Shown here piece by piece: positions 24,105 through 34,089 of a stretch of 64,000 nucleotides of DNA. The stretch covers positions 26,050-90,049 of the forward strand of contig NZ_DASRTS010000035.1 of NCBI RefSeq assembly GCF_035655815.1. The letters are read 5' to 3'. Source of the DNA: Lysobacter sp. GTDB lineage: Bacteria > Pseudomonadota > Gammaproteobacteria > Xanthomonadales > Xanthomonadaceae. The notes below the pieces were generated by a model. That model was not told the DNA's origin, did no database searches, and saw only the letters and a list, made by a program, of their open reading frames with translations. The position numbers were made by a program, and so were the translations under genes. Every line of letters begins with the position of its first letter. Position 1 is the first letter of the stretch.

Positions 24105-25477
24105 GCCTGCCGCCTGGATTCACCACCTCCGCCACCGAAGCGCTGCCGCTGCACGTGGTCACCCGCGACACGCTGCCGGCCTGGCGTGCGGCGCAGCCGG
24201 CCGCGACGGGCGCATGGCTGGACGCGCAGGGCTTCGACGGAGCGCCGCTCTCGATCATCACGCTGCCGGCGGCCGAGGGCGGCATCGCCGCAGCGCTGAT
24301 CGGGGTGGGCGACGTGCTCGATCCCTCGTCCTACGGGCATGCGCCTTTCGGACTTCCGGCGCGTGCATGGACGATCGCGACGGAACTGCCGGCCGATGTC
24401 ATGGCGGCGCTGCAACTGGGCTGGGGCCTGGGCAGCTACCGGTTCGATCGCTACCGCAAGCCGCTGCGCGTGCCGGCGCAGTTGCTGGTAAAGGACCTCG
24501 AAGGCGAAGCATTCGCGCAGCTGGCCGCCTGCCTGCGCGTGCGCGACCTGGTCAATACGCCGACCGAACACATGGGCCCGGACCAGCTCGAACAGACCGT
24601 GCGCGAGATCGCCGAGCGTTTCGGCGCGCGCATCGAAGTCGTCAGCGGCGAGGACTTGCTCACGCGGAACTTTCCGGCCATCCATGCCGTCGGCCGCGCC
24701 AGCCATCGCGCGCCGCGCCTGATCGCGCTGCGCTGGGGCGACGAAGCGCACCCGCACGTGGCGATCGTCGGCAAGGGCGTGTGTTTCGATACCGGCGGCC
24801 TGGACCTCAAGCCGGCCGACGGCATGCGCAACATGAAGAAGGACATGGGCGGCGCCGCACACGCGATCGCCCTGGCCGAACTGGTGATGTCGCGCGGCCT
24901 GCCGCTGCGCATCACGTTGCTGGTGCCGGCGGTGGAGAACGCGGTGGGACCCGACGCGTTCCGTCCGGGCGAAGTGGTCGCCACGCGTGCCGGCCTCAGC
25001 GTGGAGATCGACAACACCGACGCCGAAGGCCGCGTGATCCTGTGCGATGCGCTGACCTATGCGGTGGAACAGAAGCCAGCGCTGCTGCTCGATTTCGCCA
25101 CGCTTACCGGCGCGGCGCGCATCGCGCTGGGCCCGGACCTGCCGGCGCTGTACAGCAACGACGACGCGCTGGCGCAGCAGTGGCTCGACGCCGGCGTGCA
25201 ACTGCGCGACCCGCTGTGGCGCATGCCGCTGTGGCGTCCGTACGTGCGCTACCTGGTCAGCAACGTGGCCGACATCGCCAACGGCGGGCCGTCGAAGATG
25301 GCCGGCAGCATCACCGCGGCGGTGTACCTGGACCGCTTCGTGCCACCGACGCAGAAGTGGGCGCACCTGGACGTGTACAGCTGGAACGACATGGACCGCC
25401 CGGGCCGCCCCGCCGGCGGCGAGGCACAGGGCCTGCGCGGCGCGTATGCGCTGCTGAAGCGGCACGCGGGGGTCTGA
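24101..25477 (+). CDS. M17 family leucyl aminopeptidase
   Basis: VGKGVCFDTGGLDLKP, MKKDMGGAA and NTDAEGRVILCDAL metal-binding signature blocks. Its ATG overlaps the HAD stop. Confidence 0.9.
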   Translation: MSLPPGFTTSATEALPLHVVTRDTLPAWRAAQPAATGAWLDAQGFDGAPLSIITLPAAEGGIAAALIGVGDVLDPSSYGHAPFGLPARAWTIATELPADVMAALQLGWGLGSYRFDRYRKPLRVPAQLLVKDLEGEAFAQLAACLRVRDLVNTPTEHMGPDQLEQTVREIAERFGARIEVVSGEDLLTRNFPAIHAVGRASHRAPRLIALRWGDEAHPHVAIVGKGVCFDTGGLDLKPADGMRNMKKDMGGAAHAIALAELVMSRGLPLRITLLVPAVENAVGPDAFRPGEVVATRAGLSVEIDNTDAEGRVILCDALTYAVEQKPALLLDFATLTGAARIALGPDLPALYSNDDALAQQWLDAGVQLRDPLWRMPLWRPYVRYLVSNVADIANGGPSKMAGSITAAVYLDRFVPPTQKWAHLDVYSWNDMDRPGRPAGGEAQGLRGAYALLKRHAGV

Positions 25478-25547
25478 GGCGCAGCTTTCGCGCGCGGTGC
25501 GGTAACAAGCCCCCCGTTCGCCCCTTCGGGGCACCGCACGACGCGCG

Positions 25548-26165
25548 TTACAGCCAGCCTTTCTGTCGCGCCAGCCGATACGCCTCGATGCGGTTGCCGA
25601 CGCCGAGCTTGCCGATCGACTCCGACAGGTAATTGCGCACGGTGCCCTGCGAGAGGTTCAGGCGCGCGGCAATGTCCGCGGCGGTCAGGCCGTCGCCGGC
25701 CAGTCGCAGTACCTGGCGTTCGCGGTCGTTGAGCGGATCGGCCTCGCCCCATGCGTCCACTGCCAGTTGCGGATCGATCACGCGGCCTCCGCGGTGCACC
25801 TGGCGGATCGCCTCGGCCAACTGCTCGGCCGGCGCATCCTTCAGCAGATAGCCGCTGGCGCCTGCGTCCAGCGCGCGCCGCAGGAAGCCGGCTCGCGCGA
25901 ACGTGGTGACGATGATGACACGCGTGGAAAGCTCATGCCGCTGGATGCGTTGCGCGAGTTCCAGGCCGCTGAGGCCCGGCATCTCGATGTCGGTGACCAG
26001 CACGTCGGGTCCGCGTCCATCGCGATGCAGGCGCTGCAGCAGCGCCCACGCTGCTTCGCCGTCTGCTGCGCCACCAAGCACGTCGATGTCCGATTCCAGG
26101 CGCAGCAATGCGGACAGCGCACCCAGCACCATCGCCTGGTCTTCGGCCAGCAAGACTCCGATCAT
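25548..26165 (-). CDS. NarL/FixJ (LuxR-type HTH) response regulator
   Basis: Receiver domain (VLLAEDQ..., VLVTDIEMPGLSGLE, K in YLLKDAP) and a LuxR HTH (RERQVLRLAGDGLTAADIAARLNLSQGTVRNYLSESIGKLG). Confidence 0.9.
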   Translation of the reverse strand: MIGVLLAEDQAMVLGALSALLRLESDIDVLGGAADGEAAWALLQRLHRDGRGPDVLVTDIEMPGLSGLELAQRIQRHELSTRVIIVTTFARAGFLRRALDAGASGYLLKDAPAEQLAEAIRQVHRGGRVIDPQLAVDAWGEADPLNDRERQVLRLAGDGLTAADIAARLNLSQGTVRNYLSESIGKLGVGNRIEAYRLARQKGWL

Positions 26166-26215
26166 CGTCCGCACCCGCGCCGCGTTTGCGCGCACGTTAG
26201 CACCGCTCGCGGCGC

Positions 26216-27415
26216 TCACGCCGCGGCGGACGGCACGTGCACGCAACAGGCATCGACGCGGGCGTCATCGCATGGCGACGCATGCACCGGCACGCAGGCC
26301 TGCACGCGCGTGCCCTGGCCCGGCACCGAGTCGATCCGTAAACGACCGCCAAGCGCTTCGAGCCGCTCGCGCATGCCCGACAGCCCGTTGCCCGGCGTGA
26401 TCGCGCCGCCGCGTCCATCGTCCTCGACACGCAGCACCACCTCGGTGCCTTCGATGGCGAGCCGCGCACGGGCTCCCCGCGCGCGCGCATGACGCTGGAT
26501 GTTGGTCACCGCTTCGCGCAGCGTCATCGCCAGCACCGTCTCGACATTCGACGGCAGAGTCATCGATGCGTATTCGTAGGCGAACGTCACGCCGTCTGTT
26601 TCCAGCAGCAGGCGGGCGGAAGCGAGTTCGGACGCGACACCGGCCGCGCGGATGCCGGTGACGGCGCTGCGCACCTGGCTGAGCGCATCGCGCGCCACGC
26701 GCGTGACCTCGACCAGTTCGCGCTGCGCCGCATGCGGATCGCGCTCGACCAGCTTGCCGGCCAGCTCGGACTTCAACGCCACCAGCGACAGCGTGTGGCC
26801 GAGCAGGTCGTGCAGGTCGCGGCCGATGCGCTCGCGCTCGGCCAGGGCTGCGAGCCGGCGTACTTCATCATGCGACAGCTGCAGCGCGGCCTGCTTGCGC
26901 CGGCTCTCCAGGTAGTGGTGGTTGCCGAAGAACACCGCTACCGCAACGATGGTGGTGACCAGGAAGATGAAGATGGAATCGTGCAGCAGCACGACTTCCA
27001 GCAGCAGTCCCCCGAGCATTCCCACCATCCACGCCACCCGCTTCCACAGCGGCCCGCCGAGCGTCGCCGCGAAAGCCACCGCATAGGTCAGGTAGGTGTT
27101 GGCGAAGGCATTGGTCGGCAGCAGCGCGTAACCCAGCGCGGCGATGCCGAGCATGCACGCCACCCGCCTCGCGCCGATCTGCCGGTAGGCGAAGAAGTAC
27201 AGCGGCAGGAACACGATGATCGAGAGGATCGTGGGCCACAGGATGACCTCGCGTCCGAACGGGCTGCGGCTGTCGCCCGTCCAGACCATGATCGCGGGCA
27301 GGAACAGGAAGACCAGGTAGCCCAGCAGCAGGAACGGCGCCCAGCCCATTCCCACCGACTCGGGAATCAGGCGCCCCCGCCAGCGCATCAGCACCGGCAT
27401 GATCGAAACGGACAT
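26216..27415 (-). CDS. DesK/LiaS-type sensor histidine kinase (HisKA_3 + HATPase_c), multi-TM sensor
   Basis: Five to six N-terminal helices; H-box RIGRDLHDLLGHTLS; N-box REAVTNIQRHA; G-box DDGRGG...GNGLSGMRERLE. Confidence 0.85.
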   Translation of the reverse strand: MSVSIMPVLMRWRGRLIPESVGMGWAPFLLLGYLVFLFLPAIMVWTGDSRSPFGREVILWPTILSIIVFLPLYFFAYRQIGARRVACMLGIAALGYALLPTNAFANTYLTYAVAFAATLGGPLWKRVAWMVGMLGGLLLEVVLLHDSIFIFLVTTIVAVAVFFGNHHYLESRRKQAALQLSHDEVRRLAALAERERIGRDLHDLLGHTLSLVALKSELAGKLVERDPHAAQRELVEVTRVARDALSQVRSAVTGIRAAGVASELASARLLLETDGVTFAYEYASMTLPSNVETVLAMTLREAVTNIQRHARARGARARLAIEGTEVVLRVEDDGRGGAITPGNGLSGMRERLEALGGRLRIDSVPGQGTRVQACVPVHASPCDDARVDACCVHVPSAAA

Positions 27416-27462
27416 GGCGCGGTCTCCGTGACGCGTCGGCATGACTCTATCCCCCCGTCCCG

Positions 27463-28239
27463 TCAGCGCGAAAGCCGCCGCCGGGCCAGCACGAAGAACA
27501 CCACAGTGATCGCCGCCAGCACCAGCACGTGCAGGCCCACTGCGGAGCCGGCATCACGTCCGACCACCTTCAGCGCCAGCTGGCCCAGGTGCCAGGCCGG
27601 CCACACCGGCGCGATCTGCGCGAACACCGGCGGCAGCACGTGCAGTGGCATCCACAGACCGGACAGGAACGCCATCGGCATGTACACCAGATTGATCACG
27701 GCCGGCGCGCCACTGCCGCTGACGAGACTGCCCAGGTACAGGCCGAGTGCGCAGAACGGCAGTGCTCCGGCCACGTTCACCACCAGCAGCAGCGCCCATT
27801 GCGATGGCGCCAGCGACACGCCCGCCGCGACGGTTCCGAGCAGCGCCAGGAATACCGAGATGCTGGCCGAGAACAGCATCGCCATTGCCATCTTCGCCAG
27901 CAGATAGGCACCGCGCGGCATCGGCAGCACGCGCTTGAGCACGAGATAGCCGTTCTCGCGCTCGATGGCCACGCTCGCGCCGAAGCCGAACAGCGATACA
28001 CCGATCGCGCCGAATACCCCGTAGGTCGTCATCAGGTACTGCGCCATCGCGGCGCCGCCGCGCGAACCAGGCAGCACCACGCCGAACAGCAGGTAGAACA
28101 GGACCGGAAACAGCAGCGTCGGGATCGCGAACATCGGCGTGCGCAGCAGGCGCAGGAACTCGTACTTCGCTTCCAGCCAATGACTGCGCAACGTGCCGTG
28201 CGGATGCGCACTCCCGATTGTCGTCGCGGCGTCCATCAC
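27463..28239 (-). CDS. ABC-2 type transporter permease
   Basis: 258 aa with six hydrophobic helices. Its start overlaps the stop of the upstream ATPase (ATGA). Confidence 0.8.
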   Translation of the reverse strand: MMDAATTIGSAHPHGTLRSHWLEAKYEFLRLLRTPMFAIPTLLFPVLFYLLFGVVLPGSRGGAAMAQYLMTTYGVFGAIGVSLFGFGASVAIERENGYLVLKRVLPMPRGAYLLAKMAMAMLFSASISVFLALLGTVAAGVSLAPSQWALLLVVNVAGALPFCALGLYLGSLVSGSGAPAVINLVYMPMAFLSGLWMPLHVLPPVFAQIAPVWPAWHLGQLALKVVGRDAGSAVGLHVLVLAAITVVFFVLARRRLSR

Positions 28240-29144
28240 GCGGCCTCCTTGATCTCGTCGCGGGTGAGTTCGAGGAACGCATCGGCGAGGCCGGCGCGCT
28301 TCACTTCCAGTTCGCGCAGCGTGGCGTCTTCGGCAAGCAACCGGCGCACCACCGGCTCGGCGGCATCAACGACCAGCTCCAGCCGGTCGCCCTCCCCGCG
28401 TGCATCGATCACGTGCGCCCAGCCCGCCACGCGTTGTGCGGACAACGCGGTGACGCACCGTATGCGCAGCTGCACGAGATGGCCGCGCAGATCACTCACC
28501 GAGCCCTCGACGACGACGCGACCGTGGTTGATCACGACGACGCGATCGGCCAGCGCCTCGGCTTCTTCCAGGTAATGCGTGGTCAGCAGCACGCCGCAGC
28601 CGTCGGCCACCAGTTCGCGGATGGCGCGCCACAACAGTTGCCGGGCCTGGATGTCGAGGCCGGTGGTCGGCTCGTCCAGGAACAACAGTTGGGGACGCCC
28701 GCACACCGCCAGCGCGAACTGCACGCGGCGCTGCTGCCCGCCGGAAAGCCGGCCGTAGCGCCGATCCAGTAACCCATGTAGGCCGGCCAGCACGACGCAG
28801 TCGCTGATGCTGCGCGGATGCGGGTAGTAGCTGCGCGTGAGTTCCAGCAGTTCGGACACCTTCAACGTGTCCGGGATGCCCGCGCTCTGCAGCATCACGC
28901 CGGTGCGCCGACGCGCCTGCAGCTCATGCGGTGTCATGCCGAACGAGGACACCGTGCCCGCATCGGGCGCGTATTGGCCCAGCAGCAGGCCGATCGCGGT
29001 GCTCTTGCCTGCGCCGTTGGGGCCCAGCAGCGCCAGCAATTGCCCGCCGCGCACCTCCAGGTCGACGCCGGCCAGCGCTTCCACCCTGCCGTATGACTTG
29101 CGCACCTGTTCCAGGCGCGCCAGTACCGCGTGTTCGCCCTTCAT
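28236..29144 (-). CDS. ABC transporter ATP-binding protein (ABC-2/DrrA-like)
   Basis: Walker A GPNGAGKST, signature LSGGQQRRVQFA, Walker B LLFLDEPTTGLD, H-loop LLTTHY. Confidence 0.9.
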   Translation of the reverse strand: MKGEHAVLARLEQVRKSYGRVEALAGVDLEVRGGQLLALLGPNGAGKSTAIGLLLGQYAPDAGTVSSFGMTPHELQARRRTGVMLQSAGIPDTLKVSELLELTRSYYPHPRSISDCVVLAGLHGLLDRRYGRLSGGQQRRVQFALAVCGRPQLLFLDEPTTGLDIQARQLLWRAIRELVADGCGVLLTTHYLEEAEALADRVVVINHGRVVVEGSVSDLRGHLVQLRIRCVTALSAQRVAGWAHVIDARGEGDRLELVVDAAEPVVRRLLAEDATLRELEVKRAGLADAFLELTRDEIKEAA

Positions 29145-29372
29145 CGCCTTGCCCTCTCCATGCGGGTCCGATGGCGGGCATCATCTGCAACATGTGGTTT
29201 ACGCTGCAGTCGCAGGCGTCACCCGGATGACATGACAAGCATCAGGTGACCGCATGGCCCGCATCGCATAGGCTGTGCCCCATTCACGGCGCCGCGCGGC
29301 GAAAAAGTTACTTCCGGCCCCTAGCGCCGGCGCGACCGGCCTGTCCAAACTTCCCCCTTTCCATCGTCCTGG

Positions 29373-30629
29373 ATGTCGATGAACAACTCTGCCGATCTGC
29401 TGAAGGAACTGCGTATCGACCGGAGCGCCCCGCCTCCGCCGCCTTCCCGGCGCGGGCTGTGGATCGCATTGGCGGCTATCGCCGCGCTTATCGTGCTGGC
29501 ACTGGTGGCGTGGGCCGTGTTCGGCCGCAGCCGCGGTGTGGAGGTGCAGACCGCCACCGTCACGGCCATCGGCAATGGCGGCGGCAGCGCGTCCGTGCTG
29601 GATGCCAGCGGCTACGTGGTCGCGCGGCGCATGGCGACGGTGTCGGCCAAGATCACCGGCAAGGTGCGCGAGGTGCTGATCGAGGAAGGCATGCGCGTCG
29701 AGGCCGGCCAGGTGATGGCCACGCTGGATCCGATCGATGCCGATGCCGAACGCGCGCTCGCCACGGCGCAGGCCGGCGCAGCTCGCAGCCAGGTCGAGAG
29801 CGTGCGCGCACGGCTGGCACAGGCCGAGGCCGATGCGCGCCGCCTGTCCACGCTGGTGGGCCAGCAGCTGATCTCCAGGTCGCAGTACGACGAGGCGATC
29901 GCCGCGCGCGATTCGCTGCGCGCCGAACTCATCACCTCCGAGCGCAATGCCAAGGTCGCCAACGACCGCCTGCGCATCGCCGACATCGGCGTGGACAACA
30001 CCATCGTGCGCGCGCCGTTTGCCGGCGTGGTCACCGCCAAGGCGGCGCAGCCGGGCGAGATCGTCTCGCCGCTCGCGACCGGCGGCTTCACCCGCACCGG
30101 CATCGGCACCATCGTCGACATGGAATCGCTGGAAGTCGAAGTCGAGGTCGGCGAGGCCTTCATCGGGCGCGTGCAGCCGAAGATGCCGGTGGAAGCCACC
30201 CTCAACGCCTATCCCGACTGGAAGATTCCGGCCGAGGTCATCGCCATCATCCCGGCCGCCGATCGCGGCAAGGCGACGGTGAAGGTGCGCGTGGCGCTGA
30301 AGCAGAAGGATCCGCGCATCGTGCCGGACATGGGCGTGAACGTACGCTTCCTCGAAGCCGCGCCGCCCAAGGATGCGCCTGCAGTGGCGCGCGGCGTGCG
30401 TGTACCCGCATCGGCGCTGACCGAGCGCGACGGCCGGGAGGTCGCCTTCGCCCTCGCCGGCGAGTCGTCCGATCGCGTCGAACTGCGCGCGGTGAAGACA
30501 GGCCGCACGCTCGGCGAGGATCGTGAGGTCCTGTCCGGCCTGTCCGCGGGCGACGAGGTCGTGCTGGATCCTCCGGCCGAGCTGGAAGACGGCGCGCGGG
30601 TACGCGTCGGCAGTGCCGCCGACGAGTAA
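29373..30629 (+). CDS. Efflux periplasmic adaptor (HlyD/MacA-type membrane fusion protein)
   Basis: N-terminal TM anchor (LWIALAAIAALIVLALVAWAV), coiled-coil hairpin region, a lipoyl-like motif and beta-barrel motifs (IVRAPFAGVVT). Confidence 0.85.
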   Translation: MSMNNSADLLKELRIDRSAPPPPPSRRGLWIALAAIAALIVLALVAWAVFGRSRGVEVQTATVTAIGNGGGSASVLDASGYVVARRMATVSAKITGKVREVLIEEGMRVEAGQVMATLDPIDADAERALATAQAGAARSQVESVRARLAQAEADARRLSTLVGQQLISRSQYDEAIAARDSLRAELITSERNAKVANDRLRIADIGVDNTIVRAPFAGVVTAKAAQPGEIVSPLATGGFTRTGIGTIVDMESLEVEVEVGEAFIGRVQPKMPVEATLNAYPDWKIPAEVIAIIPAADRGKATVKVRVALKQKDPRIVPDMGVNVRFLEAAPPKDAPAVARGVRVPASALTERDGREVAFALAGESSDRVELRAVKTGRTLGEDREVLSGLSAGDEVVLDPPAELEDGARVRVGSAADE

Positions 30630-30727
30630 CCCGCGGACCCGGGGGACACTCGTCCGCCACAACGTTGTCGCTATAGGCATGTCGAAATGGTCCCTGCCCG
30701 TTCGTCGAACGGCAGTGGCTTCCAGCG

Positions 30728-30774
30728 GGGCGACGTCCCCCGCGCCGGTTCCGTTCATGTCGGGGACGTCGCCC
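30728..30774 (+). promoter_or_regulatory. 13-bp perfect inverted repeat (GGGCGACGTCCCC ... GGGGACGTCGCCC) in the intra-operon spacer
   Basis: Arms at 30728-30740 and 30762-30774 with a 21-nt loop. It lies in the 167-nt gap between the adaptor and ATPase genes and ends 22 nt before the ATPase ATG. Confidence 0.4.
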
Positions 30775-30796
30775 GACCGTTGACGAGGCAAATGCG

Positions 30797-31489
30797 ATGG
30801 CTTCCCTGGTTTCGCTCCGCAATCTGCACAAGACCTACCAGCGCGGTCCTGAAAAGGTGGACGTGCTGCACGGCATCGACCTGGACATCGACAAGGGCGA
30901 CTTCGTGGCCCTGATGGGCCCGTCCGGTTCGGGCAAGAGCACGCTGCTCAATCTGATCGGTGGTCTCGATACGCCGACCTCGGGCGAGATCGAGGTCGGT
31001 GGCCAGCGCATCGACAGGCTGAGCGCCGGCCAGCTGTCGCAATGGCGCAGCGACCACGTCGGGTTCGTGTTCCAGTTCTACAACCTGATGCCGGCACTGA
31101 GCGCGCAGAAGAATGTCGAACTACCGTTGCTGCTGACCAACCTCGGTGCCGCGCAGCGCAAGCGCAACGCGGAGATTGCCCTGCAGCTGGTGGGCTTGGC
31201 CGAACGCGGCAAGCACAAGCCGAACGAGCTGTCGGGCGGCCAGCAGCAGCGCGTGGCGATCGCGCGGGCCATCGTCTCCGACCCGACGCTGCTGATCTGC
31301 GACGAACCCACGGGCGACCTGGACCGGCAGTCGGCCGAGGAGATCCTCACGCTGCTGCAAACGCTCAATCGCGAGCACGGCAAGACCATCGTGATGGTCA
31401 CCCACGATCCCAAGGCCGCCGAATACGCCTCGCACACGTTGCATCTGGACAAGGGCACGCTGGTCGAACAGGCAGCGCACGCCGCCTGA
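30797..31489 (+). CDS. ABC transporter ATP-binding protein (MacB/LolD-type ATPase)
   Basis: Walker A GPSGSGKST, signature LSGGQQQRVAIARA, Walker B LLICDEPTGDLD, H-loop MVTHD. Confidence 0.9.
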   Translation: MASLVSLRNLHKTYQRGPEKVDVLHGIDLDIDKGDFVALMGPSGSGKSTLLNLIGGLDTPTSGEIEVGGQRIDRLSAGQLSQWRSDHVGFVFQFYNLMPALSAQKNVELPLLLTNLGAAQRKRNAEIALQLVGLAERGKHKPNELSGGQQQRVAIARAIVSDPTLLICDEPTGDLDRQSAEEILTLLQTLNREHGKTIVMVTHDPKAAEYASHTLHLDKGTLVEQAAHAA

Positions 31490-31505
31490 GACAGGAGTCG
31501 ACGCC

Positions 31506-32672
31506 ATGAAATATCTCCACCTGATATGGGCCGAGCTGTTCCGGCGCAAGACGCGCACCGTGCTGACGCTGCTGTCGATCCTTGCCGCCTTCCTGCTGTT
31601 CGGCCTGCTCAACGGCGTGCGCGAGAGCTTCGCGCAGGCTGGCAAGAGCGCGGCCGGCGCGCAGCGCCTGCAGACCGGTTCGCGCCTGTCCTTCATCCAG
31701 ACCCTGCCGCTGGCGCTCAACGAGCGCATCAAGCAGGTCGATGGCGTGTCCACGGTCACCTACGCCAACTGGTTCGGCGGGGCGTACCAGGACCCGCGCA
31801 ACCAGATCTTCAGCTTCGCGGTGGCACCGAACTACCTCGACCTCTATCCAGAGATCGAAGTGAGCGCGGCCGAACGCGCGGCATTCGACAGCACGCGCAC
31901 CGGCATACTCGTCGGCGAGACGCTGATGAAGCGCTTTGGCTGGAAGGTGGGCCAGAGGATCCCGCTGCAGTCGACGATCTTTCCCAACCGCGACGGCACG
32001 AAGAACTGGAGCTTCGACATCGTCGGCACGCTACGTTCCAAGGACAAGAAGAGCGGTGGCTGGTACGACAGCCTCGTACTGATGCAGTGGAAGTACTTCG
32101 ACGAGTCCACGCCGTACAACCGCGGTGAAGTCGGCTGGTACGTGGTAAAGGTCAAGGACGCCGGCCAGGCCGACCGCGTCGCAAAGCGCATCGATGCCCT
32201 TTCGGCGAATTCAGCCAACGAAACCAAGACCATGACCGAGCAAGCCGCGTTCGCTTCATGGATGAAGCAGACGGCGAACATCGGCCTGATCGTGGGCTCG
32301 ATCATGGGTGCGGTGTTCTTCACCCTGTTGCTCCTGACCGGCAACACCATGGCCCAGGCGGTGCGCGAGCGGATCCCCGAGCTGGCGATCCTCAAGACCA
32401 TCGGTTTCAGCAACGGCAGCGTGCTGGGGCTGGTGCTGACGGAATCCGTGCTGCTTGTCCTGATCGGCGGCGCGCTGGGGCTGGGCCTGGCCGCGGTAAT
32501 CGGACCGATCGTGAACGTCGGCAGTGGCGGGATGATCAACATGCCGCCGGTCGGCCTGAGCAGCTGGGCACTGGGCCTGGCCCTGATGATCGGCATCGGC
32601 CTGCTGGTCGGCGCGTTGCCGGCGCTGCGTGCGATGCGCCTGAACATCGTGGACGCGCTGTCGGGCCGCTAA
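31506..32672 (+). CDS. ABC transporter permease, FtsX/MacB-like (4 TM with large periplasmic loop)
   Basis: N-terminal TM, a soluble domain of about 230 aa, then three C-terminal helices with the FtsX-type motif (ILKTIGFS...). Confidence 0.85.
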   Translation: MKYLHLIWAELFRRKTRTVLTLLSILAAFLLFGLLNGVRESFAQAGKSAAGAQRLQTGSRLSFIQTLPLALNERIKQVDGVSTVTYANWFGGAYQDPRNQIFSFAVAPNYLDLYPEIEVSAAERAAFDSTRTGILVGETLMKRFGWKVGQRIPLQSTIFPNRDGTKNWSFDIVGTLRSKDKKSGGWYDSLVLMQWKYFDESTPYNRGEVGWYVVKVKDAGQADRVAKRIDALSANSANETKTMTEQAAFASWMKQTANIGLIVGSIMGAVFFTLLLLTGNTMAQAVRERIPELAILKTIGFSNGSVLGLVLTESVLLVLIGGALGLGLAAVIGPIVNVGSGGMINMPPVGLSSWALGLALMIGIGLLVGALPALRAMRLNIVDALSGR

Positions 32673-32682
32673 GGAGATCCTC

Positions 32683-34008
32683 ATGAACAAGTTGAAGTCG
32701 TTCTTCGGTGGTCTCGGTCTGGTGCTGTTGGTGGCACTGGGCCTGGTGGCGTGGCTGGCATTGCCCTGGTACGCGCTGCTGGCGCTCGCCGTTGCCTTTG
32801 CACTTTGGATGCTGCTCAGCCGACGCGGCCGCCAGGCCAGTTCGGTGACGCAGGTTGGCGTGTCCACCCTGCGCCAGCGGCTGGGATCCTCGTCGGTGAT
32901 CGTGATCGGCATCGCCGGCGTGGTCGCCGTGCTGGTGGCGATGCTGGCGATGGCCGAGGGCTATCGCGAGACATTGCGCCGCAGTGGCAGCGAGGACACC
33001 GCCATCGTGCTGCGCGGCGCCTCTGCGGCGGAGGTGATGTCCACGCTCAACCACGACAGCATCAACGTGATCGCCCAGGCTCCGGGCATCGCGCGTGACG
33101 CGCAGGGTCGTCCCATCGCCTCGGCCGAACTCGTGGTGGCGGCCAACATGCCGCTGCGCGACGGTGGACCCGACGAGGACGGAAGCGTGCAGTTGCGCGG
33201 CGTGGGCGAGCAGGCATGGGCGGTGCGCCCCAACGTGAAGCTCGTCGAGGGCCGCCGTTTCAACACCGGCATGCGCGAGATCGTCGTCGGCGTGGGTGCG
33301 CAGCGCCAGTTCCGCGGGCTCGAAGTCGGCAAGCAGGTACGCATCGGCAGCGACCAGTGGACCGTGGTCGGCGCATTCAGCTCCGGCGATGCGATGGAGT
33401 CGGAGGTCTGGGCCGACGCGGAAGTGGTGGCCACCACCTATCGGCGCGGCAGCACGCGCACCTCGGTGACCGCGCGGCTCGATAGTGCCAAGTCGTTCAA
33501 GCCGTTCAAGGCCGCACTTGCAGGGGACCCGCGCCTGGACACCGATGCCACCACCACGCTGGAGTACTTCAGCAAGCAGTCCGAGCAGATGGTGAAGATC
33601 ATTCGCGTGATCGGCATCGTCGTGGGCGCGATCATGGCGATCGGTGCCATCTTCGGGGCACTCAACACCATGTTCGCAACCGTGGCGACACGCGCACGGG
33701 AAATCGCCACGCTGCGCGCCATCGGCTTTCGTTCGGTGCCGGTCGTGATTGCGGTGATGCTGGAAACCATGCTGCTGGCGTTGGTTGGCGGCCTGATCGG
33801 CGGCGCGCTCGCCTGGCTCATCTTCAACGGATACACCGCCTCCACCATTGCCGGCGGCGTGGGACAGCTGACCTTCGAGTTCAAGGTCACGCCGGCGGTA
33901 ATGTGGACGGGCCTGAAGTGGGCGCTTGCCATCGGCTTCGTCGGCGGCCTGTTCCCCGCATTGCGCGCGGCGCGCCTGCCGGTGACGGATGCACTGCGCG
34001 CGGCATGA
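32683..34008 (+). CDS. Second FtsX/MacB-like ABC permease
   Basis: Same architecture as the preceding gene (TLRAIGFR... motif). Two paralogous permeases follow one ATPase. Confidence 0.85.
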   Translation: MNKLKSFFGGLGLVLLVALGLVAWLALPWYALLALAVAFALWMLLSRRGRQASSVTQVGVSTLRQRLGSSSVIVIGIAGVVAVLVAMLAMAEGYRETLRRSGSEDTAIVLRGASAAEVMSTLNHDSINVIAQAPGIARDAQGRPIASAELVVAANMPLRDGGPDEDGSVQLRGVGEQAWAVRPNVKLVEGRRFNTGMREIVVGVGAQRQFRGLEVGKQVRIGSDQWTVVGAFSSGDAMESEVWADAEVVATTYRRGSTRTSVTARLDSAKSFKPFKAALAGDPRLDTDATTTLEYFSKQSEQMVKIIRVIGIVVGAIMAIGAIFGALNTMFATVATRAREIATLRAIGFRSVPVVIAVMLETMLLALVGGLIGGALAWLIFNGYTASTIAGGVGQLTFEFKVTPAVMWTGLKWALAIGFVGGLFPALRAARLPVTDALRAA

Positions 34009-34031
34009 TGTCCACGCGGTGATGGCAACCG

Positions 34032-34063
34032 AAAGGCCGCGAGCGATCGCGGCCTTTCTTTTT
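34032..34063 (+). terminator. Rho-independent terminator of the efflux operon
   Basis: 10-bp stem AAAGGCCGCG / CGCGGCCTTT followed by CTTTTTCC, 24 nt after the stop. Confidence 0.8.
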
Positions 34064-34089
34064 CCGGCGATGAAGGTTTCGAGCAACCG

